NCBI RefSeq assembly: GCF_000281045.1
Contig: NW_008246100.1
Span: forward strand, 466,432 to 530,431
From: Saprolegnia diclina VS20
Lineage: Eukaryota
Reading direction: 5' to 3'
Length of the DNA: 64,000 nt
A model generated the notes under the pieces. The model saw only the letters and a list, made by a program, of their open reading frames with translations, made no database searches and had not been told where the DNA came from. Shown piece after piece: positions 1 to 13,259 of the stretch. Positions within the stretch are counted from its first letter, which is position 1, and every line of letters begins with the position of its first letter. The position numbers and the translations under genes were made by a program.

Positions 1-1828
1 GCCGTCGTCGGATTCGCCGGCGCCGAGTGTGTCCCCGGTGCCATCGTCAGCGTCGCCGTCACCGAGCGTCGTGCCGACGCCGCAAACCTCGTCGGCGATT
101 CCAACTGAGATCCCTCTTATCGTCACGGTGGCTCCAGTGACCAACTCGCCGATCATCGATGCGCTTATTTCGCAAACGGACGCGCCAAAGGCCACGACGC
201 GGCCTGTTGTTGATAGTCTTCTAGGGCTGGACACCCCAGCGCCGTCGACCGTGACGGCTGTGGTGACGGCAAGTCCCGACGACATCTCCAAGTTGGACCA
301 GCTCCAGAACCTCGGCAAGACGCCGGCACCGGGGTCGGGCAGCGGGTCGGGCACGGCCCAAGCCGCGGACAACACGCACAGTGACACGAAAAACCGCGCC
401 AAAGGTGACCTTTCGGGGTCGCAGACTGCCGCCCTGAAGGCTGCCGTGACCACGGGCACCGAGTCGACCGCCGAGCAGACGATCCGCTACATCATCTCGT
501 CCATCATCGGGCTCACGGTCGTGCTCATGTCGTTCTTCCAGTTCCAAGCGACCAACCCGTCGTACGTGACGCCGGACACGTCGCCGTCGCTCGCCCCCAA
601 CTCGTGGGAGCTGCCGGTCTTCATCGGCTTTGTGCAGCAGATCTCGGCGCTCTCGCTCGCCAAGTACGCCAAAGTGCCGCAGGCGTTCTACATGAACTTC
701 CTCGACTCGCTCTCGTGGCTCAACTTCCTCATCCGCGGGTCCGCGCCGGCAAAAGCAGCGAGCGCCGTCGCCAGCGTCCAGCTCACGCGCCGCCAACTGG
801 CCACGTCGCTCTCGTCATCGTACGATGCGACGGGCTTCATCCAGTTCTCGCTGCGCTCCAACGTCTCGGAGCACGACTGGTTTGTGCGGCTCTGGACGGC
901 GTTTATCATCGTCGTCGTCGTGCTCTTGCTCGCTGTCGTCGTGACGGGCCTCTTTGGGCGCTGGGCGGCGTCGCGCAGCAGCCCGTTCAACACCAACTCG
1001 AGCGACTCGCACCGCAAGTCGGCGAACCTTCGGTCGGTCTCGTACCGTCTCCTCGGCATGGTGGTCCTCGTCGTCTTCTTCGCCGCGCTCCCCATTAGCA
1101 TGATCTGCATGTTTGAGGTCCTCGAAGACGCGACGACGACCGGCTTTCCGCACACAATGAGCATCCTCGCGATCGTGACGCTGCTCGCGCTCTACGCCGG
1201 CGTCGGCGTCGGCGCGTACAAGCTCATCGACGCCACCGAGGCGAGTCTCTCGCGCTGGGCGACACGCGCCGTCTTTGGCGTCGTCTACGCCAACTACACG
1301 TACCAGGCGCGGCTCTTCCTCTGCGCCACGGCGCTCGCAAACTCGCTCACGGGCATTTTGATCGCGGCGATCACGGCCAACTCGCTCACGCAGCTGCTCG
1401 CGCTCATCGTCGTGCGCATGGTGTACCTCCTCTCGATGGTGGTCGTCCGGCCGTTCACGTCGACGCTCCAGTTTGGCTTTGCGGTCGCGATGGAGGTCTT
1501 GCTCCTTATCATCTTTGGCCTCTCGGCCGGCATGACGGGCGACATCACGGTCGACGCCCAGATCAACCTCTCGTATGCAGTCGTCATCCTTGTGTGCGCC
1601 TTTTGCATCATCATGTTTGTGCGCCAGCTCGTCATGCTCTGGCACTTCTCGAGCGGGTGGGCCAAGGACGAGGGGACGCACTCGTCGCGGGTGCCGACGC
1701 TGCACGACCACGACGTCGAGAGTAACATGGACTACACCATCTCGCTGCCGCGCTCCAACAACTCGAACATCCTCGCGGCGAGCCCGATGAACACGATCCG
1801 CATCGCCGACTCGGGCGGCCGGTTGTAG
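1..1828 (+). CDS. Multi-pass membrane protein (TRP/Pkd2-like transmembrane domain) with Ser/Pro/Thr-rich N-terminal region; 5' partial
   Basis: Frame is open from the window edge to TAG at 1828. An S/P/T-rich stalk is followed by ~8-9 hydrophobic helices and 'FGVVYANYTYQAR...VVRPF' motifs typical of fungal/oomycete TRP-like proteins. Confidence 0.65.
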   Translation, partial: PSSDSPAPSVSPVPSSASPSPSVVPTPQTSSAIPTEIPLIVTVAPVTNSPIIDALISQTDAPKATTRPVVDSLLGLDTPAPSTVTAVVTASPDDISKLDQLQNLGKTPAPGSGSGSGTAQAADNTHSDTKNRAKGDLSGSQTAALKAAVTTGTESTAEQTIRYIISSIIGLTVVLMSFFQFQATNPSYVTPDTSPSLAPNSWELPVFIGFVQQISALSLAKYAKVPQAFYMNFLDSLSWLNFLIRGSAPAKAASAVASVQLTRRQLATSLSSSYDATGFIQFSLRSNVSEHDWFVRLWTAFIIVVVVLLLAVVVTGLFGRWAASRSSPFNTNSSDSHRKSANLRSVSYRLLGMVVLVVFFAALPISMICMFEVLEDATTTGFPHTMSILAIVTLLALYAGVGVGAYKLIDATEASLSRWATRAVFGVVYANYTYQARLFLCATALANSLTGILIAAITANSLTQLLALIVVRMVYLLSMVVVRPFTSTLQFGFAVAMEVLLLIIFGLSAGMTGDITVDAQINLSYAVVILVCAFCIIMFVRQLVMLWHFSSGWAKDEGTHSSRVPTLHDHDVESNMDYTISLPRSNNSNILAASPMNTIRIADSGGRL

Positions 1829-2597
1829 GCGCCCGATGGAGCGACGCTAACGACTACATATACTGCATCTCATTGGTTGGTGTCGGAATACGTGGCAACG
1901 CGCCAGGGCGTGCTCGCCATTGCGTTGCGTATGATGGTAATATGTCATGTTCGTACAGTGTACGAGCACCCTGTCATGTCGACTCGCGTTAGCTCCACGC
2001 CCATCACCCTACACATCTTGGCTGCAATGCGTCGCCGCTGTGAGTGCAAGGTGTGAGTGCGCGTACCGGCGACCGCTCCTCCGCAGGGTACGGCGTGGCT
2101 CGTGGTCTGACCATGACGCCATTGGCTACTCGTCACGGCAGCAGCGTCCGCCGCGCATGCCTGCCTCTCACCAATCGCACGGCGCTCTGTGGCGCTCGAT
2201 GCCCTCGATCGGTGCAGTCGCTCGGGACATGTCGCGCGACACACAACGCGGGAGCGAGCGGGCTCAGCACCAACGCTGGCCACTGGCGCGACATGGTTGC
2301 CACGCATCTCGTCCCGCAGCCATCGCGCCTGCATGCGGTCAAGGCGCCGACGTCGACCACCGAGGCTGACGACGTCGGCGCAGCCGCGACGCAGTTGCCG
2401 ACGCTTCTCCGACGCTGGCCTTTCTGGCGGAGATTTGTCCGGTTAAAAGCGAAGCAAGAAAGTTCGAACTTCGACGCCAAGAAAACGCTGCATGTTCCGG
2501 CACGATCTGATCGCGAACGAATTTTCGAACGTGCCAGAGGCAGGTGCATGGGCATGGCTGCGGCTGCTCATGCTGCTGTGCTGGCTAGGTGCCCGCC

Positions 2598-4432
2598 ATG
2601 TACATGCGCTGGGAAGACACGCGCATTGGCGGCACGACGCCCACGATCAAGAACCACACGGGTACGAGGACAAGGATAACGAGGACATCAACACCGCTTC
2701 GTGTAGCAACGCTGGTGGGCTCGCGCATCTTTGTCTTTGGCGGCTACGACGGCCGGCGCAACCACAACAGTCTGCATGTCTTCGACTGTGACAAGATGGA
2801 GTGGGAGCGCAACCCGTACGAGCAGCGCGACCGGTCGAGCTTTAGCTTGGCGTCGCCACCGCGCTTGACGCGGCCCGCCAACAACCGCAACGACGGCAAC
2901 GACGACTTTCTTCTACTGACTGCATCACGAAGCCGCAGTCAGAGCGGCCAGTCGCAGCGACCGTACGTGCCCGCGGGGCGCAACGGCCACACGGCGACGC
3001 TCGCCGACGGCTGCGTCTACGTCATTGGCGGCTGGCTCGGGTCTGGTCCGCTCGCCGCCAACGACGTGCACATTCTGCACGTCGACACGATGCGCTGGGA
3101 GGAGCCGGTCACAAAAGGCGTGCCGCCCGGACCGTGCAACATGCACACGGCTGACTACCTCCCGCACGCCCGCGGTATCGTCGTCTTCCGCGGCGGCAAC
3201 GGCCGCGAGTACCTCAACGATCTGCACTTTCTCGACATTGACACGCTCACGTGGTCCAAGCCGCAGGTGCGCGGCGTCGCGCCCGAGCCTCGCGCCAACC
3301 ACTGCTCGGCGCTCGTCGGCACGAAGCTCTACATCTTTGGCGGTTGGAACGGCCGCAAGCGCCTCAACGACCTGTACGTGCTCGAAACCGGCGCGCCCGA
3401 GTGGACGTGGAGCAGCGTTCGCGTGCATGGCGACCTCGTGCCCCACCCGCGCGCCGGCATGACGTTTACGGTCGTCCGCGACAAGATCTTTCTCTTTGGC
3501 GGGTCGGGGCCGTCGGCGGCGCCGGCCAAGTGCTTCAACGACCTCTTCATCTTTGATCCTCGTACCTCTGCATCTGCTCGCTCTGCCTCACACTCCAAGT
3601 CTGTAGAGCTGGCCAAGTGGACCGACACGATCGTTGAGCTCGACAAGTCGACCGTCGTCGCCTGCACAGCGCAGGACGACGCCAACCCGAACGACACCCC
3701 ACCCGAGTACGCACGTCCTCCAAGACAGTAGAGCTCATGTCGCGACAGGCCGCACATTGTTGTGATCGGCGACGGGCCGAGCCGCCGCGCCGGCCACACG
3801 TGCGTGGTGCACCAGCGCAAGATGTTTGTGTTTAGCGGCAGCTACGGCAGCGAGTACCTCCACGACATGTATGTCCTCGACACGGACCCGGCGCCGTGCG
3901 CCCGCGTCTCGCTCTGCAGCAACTTGCAGTCGTCGCTCGGCCGGTTTTGCAATTCGCCGGAATTTGCCGACATAAGCTTTGTACTTGGCCCATTTCTCGA
4001 ATCGGGCGAGCTCACGCAGGTTAGGTTGTCGAGGGCAGCCGCGTGTTTGGCCACAAGATCGTGCTCTCGCTCGGCAGCGACCGGTTCCGCGCGCTCTTCT
4101 CGGCCGGCTTCCGCGAAGCGTCGGCGACCGAGATCGTCTTGCCCGACATGCGGCTCGACGTCTTTGAGGCCATGCTGTCGTATTTGTACCGTGGTAGTCT
4201 AGAGGCCCATGCCCTCGACTCGATGGACCACGCGATCGAGCTGCTCATGGCCGCCGACGAGTACATGCTCGACCACCTCAAGCAGCTCTGCGAGACCGCG
4301 CTCCAAGCCATGGTGGCGCTCGAGACGGTGCACGAGATTTTGCAGGCGGCGGACCGCGCGAACGCTGCTCAGCTGCGCGTCATTTGCAAGCATTTCCTGC
4401 GCAACGCAGCGCCACCGACCCTTCTTAGTTAG
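2598..4432 (+). CDS. Kelch-repeat + BTB/POZ protein (LZTR1-like Cul3 adaptor), multi-exon
   Basis: Kelch repeats (IFVFGGYDG, VYVIGGWLG, LYIFGGWNG, IFLFGGSG) precede a BTB domain (FADISF/VVEGSRVFGHKIVL...FRALFSAGFRE...LLMAADEYMLDHLKQLCE). Short GT-AG introns at ~2662-2706, ~3707-3748 and ~3981-4024. Confidence 0.85.
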
Positions 4433-4476
4433 TCGCAAGGGTTTTTCTTATACTATAGCGTTTTCTTATTCTTGGC

Positions 4477-7091
4477 TCACGGCGCACGACCGCACACGCT
4501 GCACTTGGGCGCGCCGACCGGGTTGCTCTTGGTGCAGAGGCGACACTTCCACGTACTCTCGGTCGCCAATGTCGCCGTCACTTGCGTCGGGAAGAGCGCT
4601 GGCGCGGGGAAGAGTTCGTGCGCAGGAAAGAGGGTCTCGGCAGCCGGCAACGGTTGCGACGCGACGGGCATGGTCAGCGTCGCGCTCAGTGGCGCCGAAT
4701 GGGGCGCGGGCGGCGCCAAGAGAGCCGTGTACGACTCCAACGGCTCGGACCGGGGCGCCGGTACCGAGTACGACATCACCGGCTCGAACCGGGGCGCCGG
4801 TACCGAGTACGGCATTGCTGGCTGGGGTTGGGGCGCCGCCGCATATGAAAGGGCGGGCTCGGACTGCGGCGGCGTCGACGACCGCAGCTGCGCTTCGAGC
4901 GCGCGGATACGGGCTTGGGCCGCGTCGAATGCGGCGGCAAGATCGTCACTGGCGGTCGTCGCAGGCTCGACATGGTGCGTCGCATGCAGCGGCGGCGTCG
5001 GGTTCCCCAATGATGGAATGTTGTCGTAGAGGTCGTCCCAGAGCACCACACGGCGCAAGAGCGTCGCGAGGGGCGGAATGAGCGCGCCGAGCTCGCCCTT
5101 ATGGCGTTCGGGCGCATACGCGCGGAAGAACGGGTTGACAAAGTCGCTTCGGTACAGGAGCATGTAGCTCCAGAGCGACGGCGTCCGGCCGGCCACGTTG
5201 AGCTGGTGGCGCTCGCGCTCGCAGTTGGCCACAAACGTGCCAAAGCGCCCGGAGATGGTCGCGCCAAAGATGCAGCTGAGCGCGCGATGGTTGAACTCAA
5301 AGTACGTGGGGTACTGCCGACACAGCTGCCAGACGCAGTCGAGAAATTGGAGAAACACTGGCGAGTTTTCGTCGTCTACGTCGACGGTGAAGCCTCGAAG
5401 GTAGCACACGAACGACGTACTCTCGGCCTTGCCGGCGCTGATGCGATCCTCAAATTTGTGCCCGGCCTTGATCCACTCCTATGTGCAGCTGCCACGTCAG
5501 AGGACCGCGTTGTCGCAACAGCGCACCTTCTCGATGAGCTGCATCAAGCCCTCGAGCGTCCGATAGCGCGGGTCCAAGAGGAGCTGTGCGAGCGCACACA
5601 CCTACGCGCAAGCCGCCGCTTTTACTCCAGGGTTCGCAAGGGCGAGTACCTGGGCGGTGCGGTCCCAGCCGTCGCTGCAGTGCACGACGACAGTCTGCGC
5701 CGAGCGATGGATCGCGTGCGCGGTCTGCACGGCGGTCGAGAGCACACGGCGAATGTGAAAGAGCCACTTGGTCTCCTACACGCGATAAGACAAAAACTAT
5801 CAAGGTATCAATATCGGACCTCAACGCGCGCGTGCCACGTCATATCGATGTCGGGGTTGAGCGACTGGAGGAGACCGCGGACGTTCTCGAGACTCTCGCG
5901 CATCGCGTGGATGTTAGCAATGTCCATGAACGTCACGGTCGCGTGCCGAATGCTCGCGCTCTCCGTACCGCCGCCCTTGAGCTACACGCTTGTTGAAGAA
6001 TCTCAAAAACGAATCAAAACGTACGTTGTTGGCCCGCGCGTTGAGCTCGGGGCGGCAGTCGACGATCCACACGAGCTGGTTGACGTGGTTGCTCTGCGCG
6101 ATGAGCAGCAGCATGTGCTCGTCGTCGCTGCTCTGGGCGTTGAAGATGCCGCGCTTGGGCTGCGCGCAGCGCCAGAGACTCGCCGTGTTGCTCGCGTGCG
6201 CCCAGCACAGCAGCGGCATGCGCCCTTTGGACCGAAAGTCGGCGACCGACGCCACCTGCGCGTCCGTCATGCGGGACGGCACGGCAAAGAGCGCCGGGTA
6301 CGTCGGACAGAGCGTAAAGTTGCGGTTGAGCTCCGTGAGCCGGAACGGACCGTGCCCGAGCTGCACGCCCATGGCGGCAAAGTCGTCGCGAATGTCGTAG
6401 AGCGCATGACCTAGACGACAGATCGATCTTCGCTCGAGAGAGTTGGACGGATACCGTTGAGATCGCTCGTGTCCATGTTGCCGCGGGCAAAGGCAAAGAG
6501 GCTGGCAGCCGAGATGCCAAAGCAGTGCCGGTTGAGCGTGAGCATGAGATCTTGGACGTTGCCTCGGAGGCACCACGTCCGCAGGTTGCGAAACTGAACG
6601 AGGAGCTGGGTCGGCGCTGCATTGCGGTTGTCGTACTGACCATTGCTCTGCGGGTAGAGTAGCTTGGCAACGGCGGCCGTGGGCATGCCTTCGTTCATGG
6701 CCACCATCAGCATTGGGTGGGCCGCGTTGGACATGGTCTGCGTCGGCTCAAAGCGCAGGCGGTAGTTGGTAAGAATCAGCGTCCCCGAGACACCTGACGT
6801 CTTGCTGTAGCTTGGATACACTTCAAAGTTGCAGGCATGAGACGCAAGCTTGAGCTCACCGGGGAGCGCTACTGAGAGCGACGCATCGAGCGGCGGCGCG
6901 GCGGCGCGCAAGGTCGATGGCCCGCTCGTCGTCGGTACGGATGCTGCGGACGGCGGTGGCGAGGCCGGCTTCTTGGGCGCCAAGGCGAGTAGGCGGGCGA
7001 GGCGTTCGTGGTGGGCGCACATGCTGGCGCCGGGGCCCGCGACGGGCGAAGTGCATCGCTCGCCATTGCGCTGGACGGACGTACACGTCAT
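4477..7091 (-). CDS. Myotubularin-related phosphoinositide 3-phosphatase with GRAM-like domain and C-terminal RanBP2-type zinc finger, multi-exon
   Basis: Intact catalytic motif VVVHCSDGWDRTAQ (~5650-5690). Also GTLILTNYRLRF (GRAM), LCPTYPALFAVP, FRSKGRMP, SPVFLQFLDCVWQL, and C-terminal WKCRLCTKSNPVGAPKCSVCG. Confidence 0.92.
4741..4818. repeat. Two-copy 39-nt tandem repeat within the myotubularin Pro-rich tail (YSVPAPRxEP)
   Basis: cggctcggaccggggcgccggtaccgagtacgacatcac is followed by cggctcgaaccggggcgccggtaccgagtacggcattg. Confidence 0.8.
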
Positions 7092-7248
7092 GTTGGTCGA
7101 TCTCTTTGTGCTTGCCAGCTGCTCATTTTTGCGTGTTATTTTTATTGCAAAGCGTTTTGAGTTTTGAGTTGGCGTGTTTTGAGTTTGGCAGAGGCCAGAC
7201 TGAATCCAGCCAAGGGACAGGCGGGACAGGTCGAAGGATTGAAGGAGC

Positions 7249-9598
7249 ATGCCAGCGCTCGTGCTCTTTGGCCGACGCAGCCGCATCGGCAGCGATGACT
7301 TCTTCTGCCCGGCGCTGCTGCAGCTCATCTTCCAGATCCCGTTCGTGCTCACGGCCGTTCTCTTCGTCTCGTCGTACCGGCGCTGCTCGACAATGCAGCT
7401 GCACAACCTCTCGGGCTTTCCATTCTGGTTTGTCTTGCTCGCGATACCGATCCACGGCTTTATGATGTTTATGAACGTCCTCGAGCTCCACGTGTCGTCG
7501 CAGGGCACGATCATCCGCCACGAGAGCCGCGTGCTCATGAAGCCGCTCATCATGGTCCACTTTGTGTGGGCGGTCGTCATGGCAGCCTATGGCACGGTGG
7601 GCCTCGTCTTTCATTACCGCGGCGAGCTCTGCTGGCCCGACAGCAACTTTGTGCTCGTACGCCCACCTCTCTGTGCACAATGCTCAGAAGCTCCGCCGTA
7701 GGTCATCGCGCTCGGCCTTCTCGTCAACGTCCTTGGCATGCAGGTGTTTGCGTGCTGCATCATTGGCGGCACGCCTGTGCACCGCCGCCGCCGGCTCTCG
7801 AGCGGCAATCTGCGTCGCGATCTTTCGCGCAACGAAGAGCTCGACCTGCTCCATGGTACGCACCTCCGTCGGGAGGCTCCTCACGAGCTCGATAGGTATT
7901 GACGACCCAAATTTGCCCAACAGCGACTTGTACATTCCACACCAGGAAAAGTGGGAGCAGCGCTGCCACCAGTGCTGCGGCTGCATCCAGTGCTTCACAT
8001 GTGGCCTCTTTGGCGGCGGCGGCACGCGCACGGACGCCATGTCGGTGGTCGCGTCGGTGTTTGCGCGCTTCTTTTACGGGAGCCCCGACTTGGTCTTTTC
8101 AGACATCATTGCCGGCTTTATCCTGCTCGGCGCTGTCCAGTACCACGAGACCAACACGGCGACCGAGCACCTGACCATGCGCGAGCTGCGCGCGTCAAGG
8201 CACCTCCTCGCATCGGCGAGCTCGACCATCGACTTTGACTTGGTGCAGATGGAAGAGGCCATGCGGCCGCTCGACCAAACGAACGAGGCGCTGGACGCTG
8301 CGATTGTTGAGCTCGCCCACTACTCCAAGTACGCGATCGGGATCTACGGCTGGATGCTCTACGTGTGGTCGCACCCGTGGCGCGGCGGGCCGCAGCTGCT
8401 CTTCTCGTGCATGAAGCGCCATCGGTCGTACGTGCACGGCGACAACTGGCTGCACTTGCACCAAGCCGCCTTGCAGCTCGAGACGTCGTCGGCCGCCGAT
8501 GACATTGTGTATGCAGATTTTTCCAACTCGGTGTGCAAGCCCGCCTACTGCGTCATGCTCGACCACGAGAAGCAGTCGGTGGTCGTCGCGATCCGGGGCA
8601 CGCTCTCCCTCGAAGACTGCCTCACAGATGCGATCGCGTATGGTTACTCGATGGACGAGGTCGCGACCAAGTATGGCTGCGCGGGGCGCGGTGAATTCGC
8701 CCACCAAGTACGTGCTTTCGTACGCTGTCGTTTGTGGCTATAAGTTGCTGGGATGTAGGGCATGCTGCAGTGCGCCGAATACATCATGGACGAGCTCACG
8801 CGCTTGCGAGTGCTCGACATGCTGCTCAACCCGGACGCGATGCCGCTGCCCGAGCCGTTGGCCGTCAACGAGTGCTACCCGGGCACGTACGCAAGCTACA
8901 GCCTCGTCGTGACAGGCCACTCCCTCGGCGCGGCGGCGGCGGCGCTTCTGGCCATCTTTCTCAAGCCAAAGTACCCGCGCGTGCGGTGCCTTGCGTTCAG
9001 CCCGCCGGGCTGCCTCATGTCGCCGAGCTTGGCGCAGGCGTCGTCGACGTTCATCACATCAGTCGTTCTCGGCAAAGACATCATTGCGCGGGCGAGCTTG
9101 CTCTCGATGCAGGACCTGCGGGACGAAGTCCTCGAGCTCATTGGGCGCAGCAAAGTGAGCAAGGCTGCCATCATGCGGCAAGCGCTCTCGTGGAAGAACC
9201 CCCGCGACCTCCTCCATGCCGCCGACGACGTTGCGACCTCGTCGTTTACGACGCAGCTCACCAACTACAAGTCAATGCTCCAGCAGATCCAGGACCACGA
9301 ACCGATCCACGAGGTAGCCTTGCCATCGTTGTCATCGAGTCTATAGTGCGTCTAGATGTGGCTGCCGGGTCGCGTCGTTCATCTCAAGCGCCAAGTGCGC
9401 TCGCAGAAGCGCGGCTTTTGCATGTGTTGTCGTCCTGGCACGGGCATTTGCTGCACGGACCGCAGTGACTACGACTATGGCTGGTCGGATGCGACCCAGT
9501 TTCTCAAGATCTACGTGAGTCGGACAATGCTTGACGACCACTTCCCCGACAAGGTCCACGCGGTCCTGCAGGACCTCGCCAAGACCAAGCGGGCGTAG
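7249..9598 (+). CDS. sn1-diacylglycerol lipase (DAGL)-like class 3 lipase with N-terminal TM helices, multi-exon
   Basis: N-terminus MPALVLFGRRSRIGSDDF resembles DAGL. Also DLVFSDIIAGFILL, VVVAIRGTLSLEDCLTD, nucleophile TGHSLGAA, AFSPPGCL, VLGKDIIAR and MLDDHFPD. Confidence 0.9.
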
Positions 9599-9648
9599 TG
9601 GAGATGTTTATACAGCTTAAATAAGGGGCCCGAGAGATCATTTGATAA

Positions 9649-10868
9649 CTACTTCATGCGCGGCAGCGACTGCGTGCGGGGCGGGCCCGGCGCCAGCGCC
9701 GCGTGGGCGTCAAGCGCCACCGAGTGCGAGTTGGTCACGACGACCGAGTTGGCCGGGCTCTCGGGCACGGCCGAGCAGCCGCGGAGGTCCACGACGACCA
9801 CGGTGACATTGTCCTCGGTCCCGTGGCGAATCGCGTACTTGCACAGCGCCGTCGCGGCCGCGTCGGGCGTCGCACACTTGGCCGCGAGCTTGGCCGCCTT
9901 GGTGTTCGAGACCACGTCCCAGAGACCGTCGCAGGCGAGGATCAAGTACTTGTCGGCGGCCGTGAGCACGTGCACCGTCACGTCGGCGTCGGCCGAGATG
10001 ATCGGCTTGAGCGACGCGTCACCAATCGCACGTGACATGCTGAGAATGCCGTTGACGCGGGGCACGTCGACGACGCGGTTGAACGGCCACATGCTCAGCG
10101 CAAACTCGGGCGCCCGCTGGCCGTAGACAAGCCCCGTGACTTCGCCGCCGGCAGCTTCGATGCGCTGGCGCTCGGTGGGCACCTCCGGCTTGTGGTCTAC
10201 ACACACTGTGATACGTATGTAGGACGAGCAAGTGAATGTACCTTCGGAGAGCGCGACGGCGTTGACTTTGCCGTTGGGAAATTCCTTGACGAGGACGGCT
10301 CGCGAGTCGCCAACGTTGCCGACGTACACGACGCCGTCGCGGACAATGGCGACCAAGCACGTCGAGCCGTCTTCGATGCCGGTGCCCGTGTGCTGGCGAA
10401 TACCGCCGTGGCCGAGCGAGAGGGTCTTGCAGTGGTTCGAGAGCGAGCAAAAGTCGGTATCTACTCACAAAGTTCTAGCACCCACCAAAGACGGTGTAAT
10501 AAGTACAGTGGAGTCCGTACCGAGCTCGTGGATCCCCTTCTTGATGGCGTCTTCGATCGTGCATTTCGCTGCAAACGGGCCGGTGGCCTCGGCGCCGTCC
10601 ATGCGGCTCAGAATCTTGGGAAATACGTACTCGGCCGCGTAGCGCGACGCGCGCTCGCCGCCATGGCCATCAAAGATGCCATAGCAGCCCAGTTCTTGGA
10701 CTTGCCCCGTGCCGTTAAAGCCATTGAGCGTGAGCCGGCCCTGGTAGCCGCCAATGTAGTACGCGTCCTGCACAGTCCATGAGCTTGGCCTCGCCTCGGT
10801 CGCCGTACCTCTTGGGTCCGCTTCGGGCCCTTGTCGGTCGCGACGCCTGCGCCGAGGGCTGTCGTCAT
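9649..10868 (-). CDS. Protein phosphatase 2C (PPM family), multi-exon
   Basis: Motifs GPKRTQE/DA, YGIFDGHGG, YVGNVGDSRAVL, DHKP, RVNGILSMSRAIGD, LILACDGLWDV, GTEDNVTVVVV. Confidence 0.93.
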
Positions 10869-11220
10869 GCTGCTGCTGCAATTGCCAAATGGTCAAAGGT
10901 ACGTTTTTTTACCGGATCGGCTGGCGGCCTATTTTTATTGGCGAACGGCGCATTTTTAATTCGAGGGTGCACGCTTTTTTAAAATAGAGCGCCGCAGGTG
11001 CGTAGATATGCAGGCACAAGCACACGCGACGCATTATATTATACGCGGCATCGTATTAAAATACAAGCATTTTTATACCGGTGCGCCTCAATTCTCGAAA
11101 CTGCAAGATTCACCGCGGAACATCCGGATAATAAATGGGCGCGATGGGATTGGCTCTTTATCCGTAGGACCGGGTGGATTATCCGGACTGCGACCAAACC
11201 AGCAGGACGGAACAAAAAGC

Positions 11221-13206
11221 ATGGCCGACGACCGCGACGTCGTCCAGTCCGGCGCGATCTTCCGCATGAAGCAAGCGGACCTCCGATGGCGGAGCCCGAT
11301 GCCCATGAGCATGCTGAAGAAGAGCTCGATAGGCGTGGACCGCGAGCTGCATCCGGCGACGCCGACCAAGGCTCAGGCAAGCACTGGCAGCTCGACACCC
11401 CGGAGTGCGTTCGACTCACTGTGCCTGCGCAGCCCGCTGCCCAAGGTTCTGCTGCAAAAGCTACAGGGCTCGGCGCAGAAGGCGGATGCAACCAAGTCGC
11501 CGTTTGCATCTGCGATCAAGACGCCGCCGACGCAGAAGAAGATCAAGCTCGTCTTCAAGCCGGCATCGGCCATGAAGATGACGCCAAGCGAAGCCAAGCT
11601 AGTGGCGCACGCGAGCCCAATGATCGACCCCAAGTACGAGACTCCGACAAAGGCGATGCGGCCGCCGGTGCAGACCCCGGTCGAGACGAAGACGCGCATA
11701 AAGGACAGTACACCGCTCGGCCTCTCGGACCAATTGGCGCTCCTGCAGCGCCAGAAGCGACAGAAGAGCGGGACGCCGTCGGCCACCAAGCCCGTCGCGG
11801 TGGCATCGACGACCATCGAGTTCTTCAACACGCCTCAGAAGACCAAGCCGCGCGATGCAACGCCGAGCCCCGCGCAAGGTACGTACAGTCATTTCTTCTC
11901 CCATCGCTTGGAGCTCAAACAAGGGTTGTAGCTGCAGCGTCACATGCTGTGGCCGAAGCGATGGCGGCGGTGCCAATGACGCCTGTGACAGTGACGCCTG
12001 TGACAATGACGCCGACCAAGCTGGACGAAGGACCGACCAACTCATTCTTGTCACCGCCAACGGCGCAATTCCACACACCTTCAACGACACGGAAACGAAC
12101 GCAGCGGTCGCCAAGTCCTAGCGACGTCGCCCCGCGGTCCGCCAAGCGCACGCTGCTCGTGTCGCCTGCCAAGACCACCGAAGCGAGGACATTGCCACCG
12201 CCACTTGCACTCAAAGCTGCGACGCCGACGAAGCCCAAGACTCCCCCAAGAAAGGCCAAGACGCCACCAGCAAAGGCCAAAACTCCAATGACCAAGCCGC
12301 CGCGAACCCCGGGCAAGCTAAAGACGCTCAAGCCAAAACCACCGACGCCAGCACCGACTCCCGTGGCATCGGTTCGAGCGTCTCCCACCACACCCTCCAA
12401 GGCGGTTCAAGCTCCAACGCTCCTTCTTCCACGACCCAAAACGCCCAAGCAAGCGACAGCATCGAATGCAACCACGCAGCCTCCGTCGACACCGACGCCC
12501 ACCAACCGCAGCGGCACGATCGCTGTGCCCAGTCCATCGCCAGCCCTGTCGCGCAAGCCGACGCCGATCAAGACAGCGACCAAAGGTAGAACCACGCCCT
12601 GCAAAAGGTGAATCATCGCGCAAAGTAGCACCGTCGCCGCGCCAGACAAGCCCGATCGTTGAGCCGGAGGACATATCGGTGGAGCGTGACGACGAAGAGG
12701 TCGCTTTCGAGTATGGTGGAGGCAGTCCTGCGTCGTCCGAGGCCGAGGCGCTGCCGACACCGCCGAAAAGGCCAGCGCCGATCAAAGTGGCGACGCCAAA
12801 GACGCTGCCCAAGCGCTCCGTGGCCAAGGCGACGCCGACAAGCACGCGCAAAGTACGTGGTTTGTGTACATCCTTCATCTCGTAAACAAGGTCGTAGCGA
12901 CTCAAACTACCGGACGCTGTGGTTCCTGCCGCGGACGCGAGCGACGACGACGATTTGCCGATGCTGGTCACCTCGAGCCCGGCGCAGACGGTGCCGCAAG
13001 TCGTACGATATGGAGTGACGACGTGCAATGTGTCATTTGGGTCGACTAGGAGAGCACTGACGCTGCACCGTTTCCGATGAAAGACAGACGTGTCGACCCG
13101 TTGGCCAAGCACTTTACCTTTCAGAGCGGTATCATGCCTCTTGGCCCGGAGACAACTCGGAAGAACGCTGTGTAGTGTCTTCAAGCGACGATGCCAGTGG
13201 TGACGA

Positions 13207-13259
<53 letters not shown>

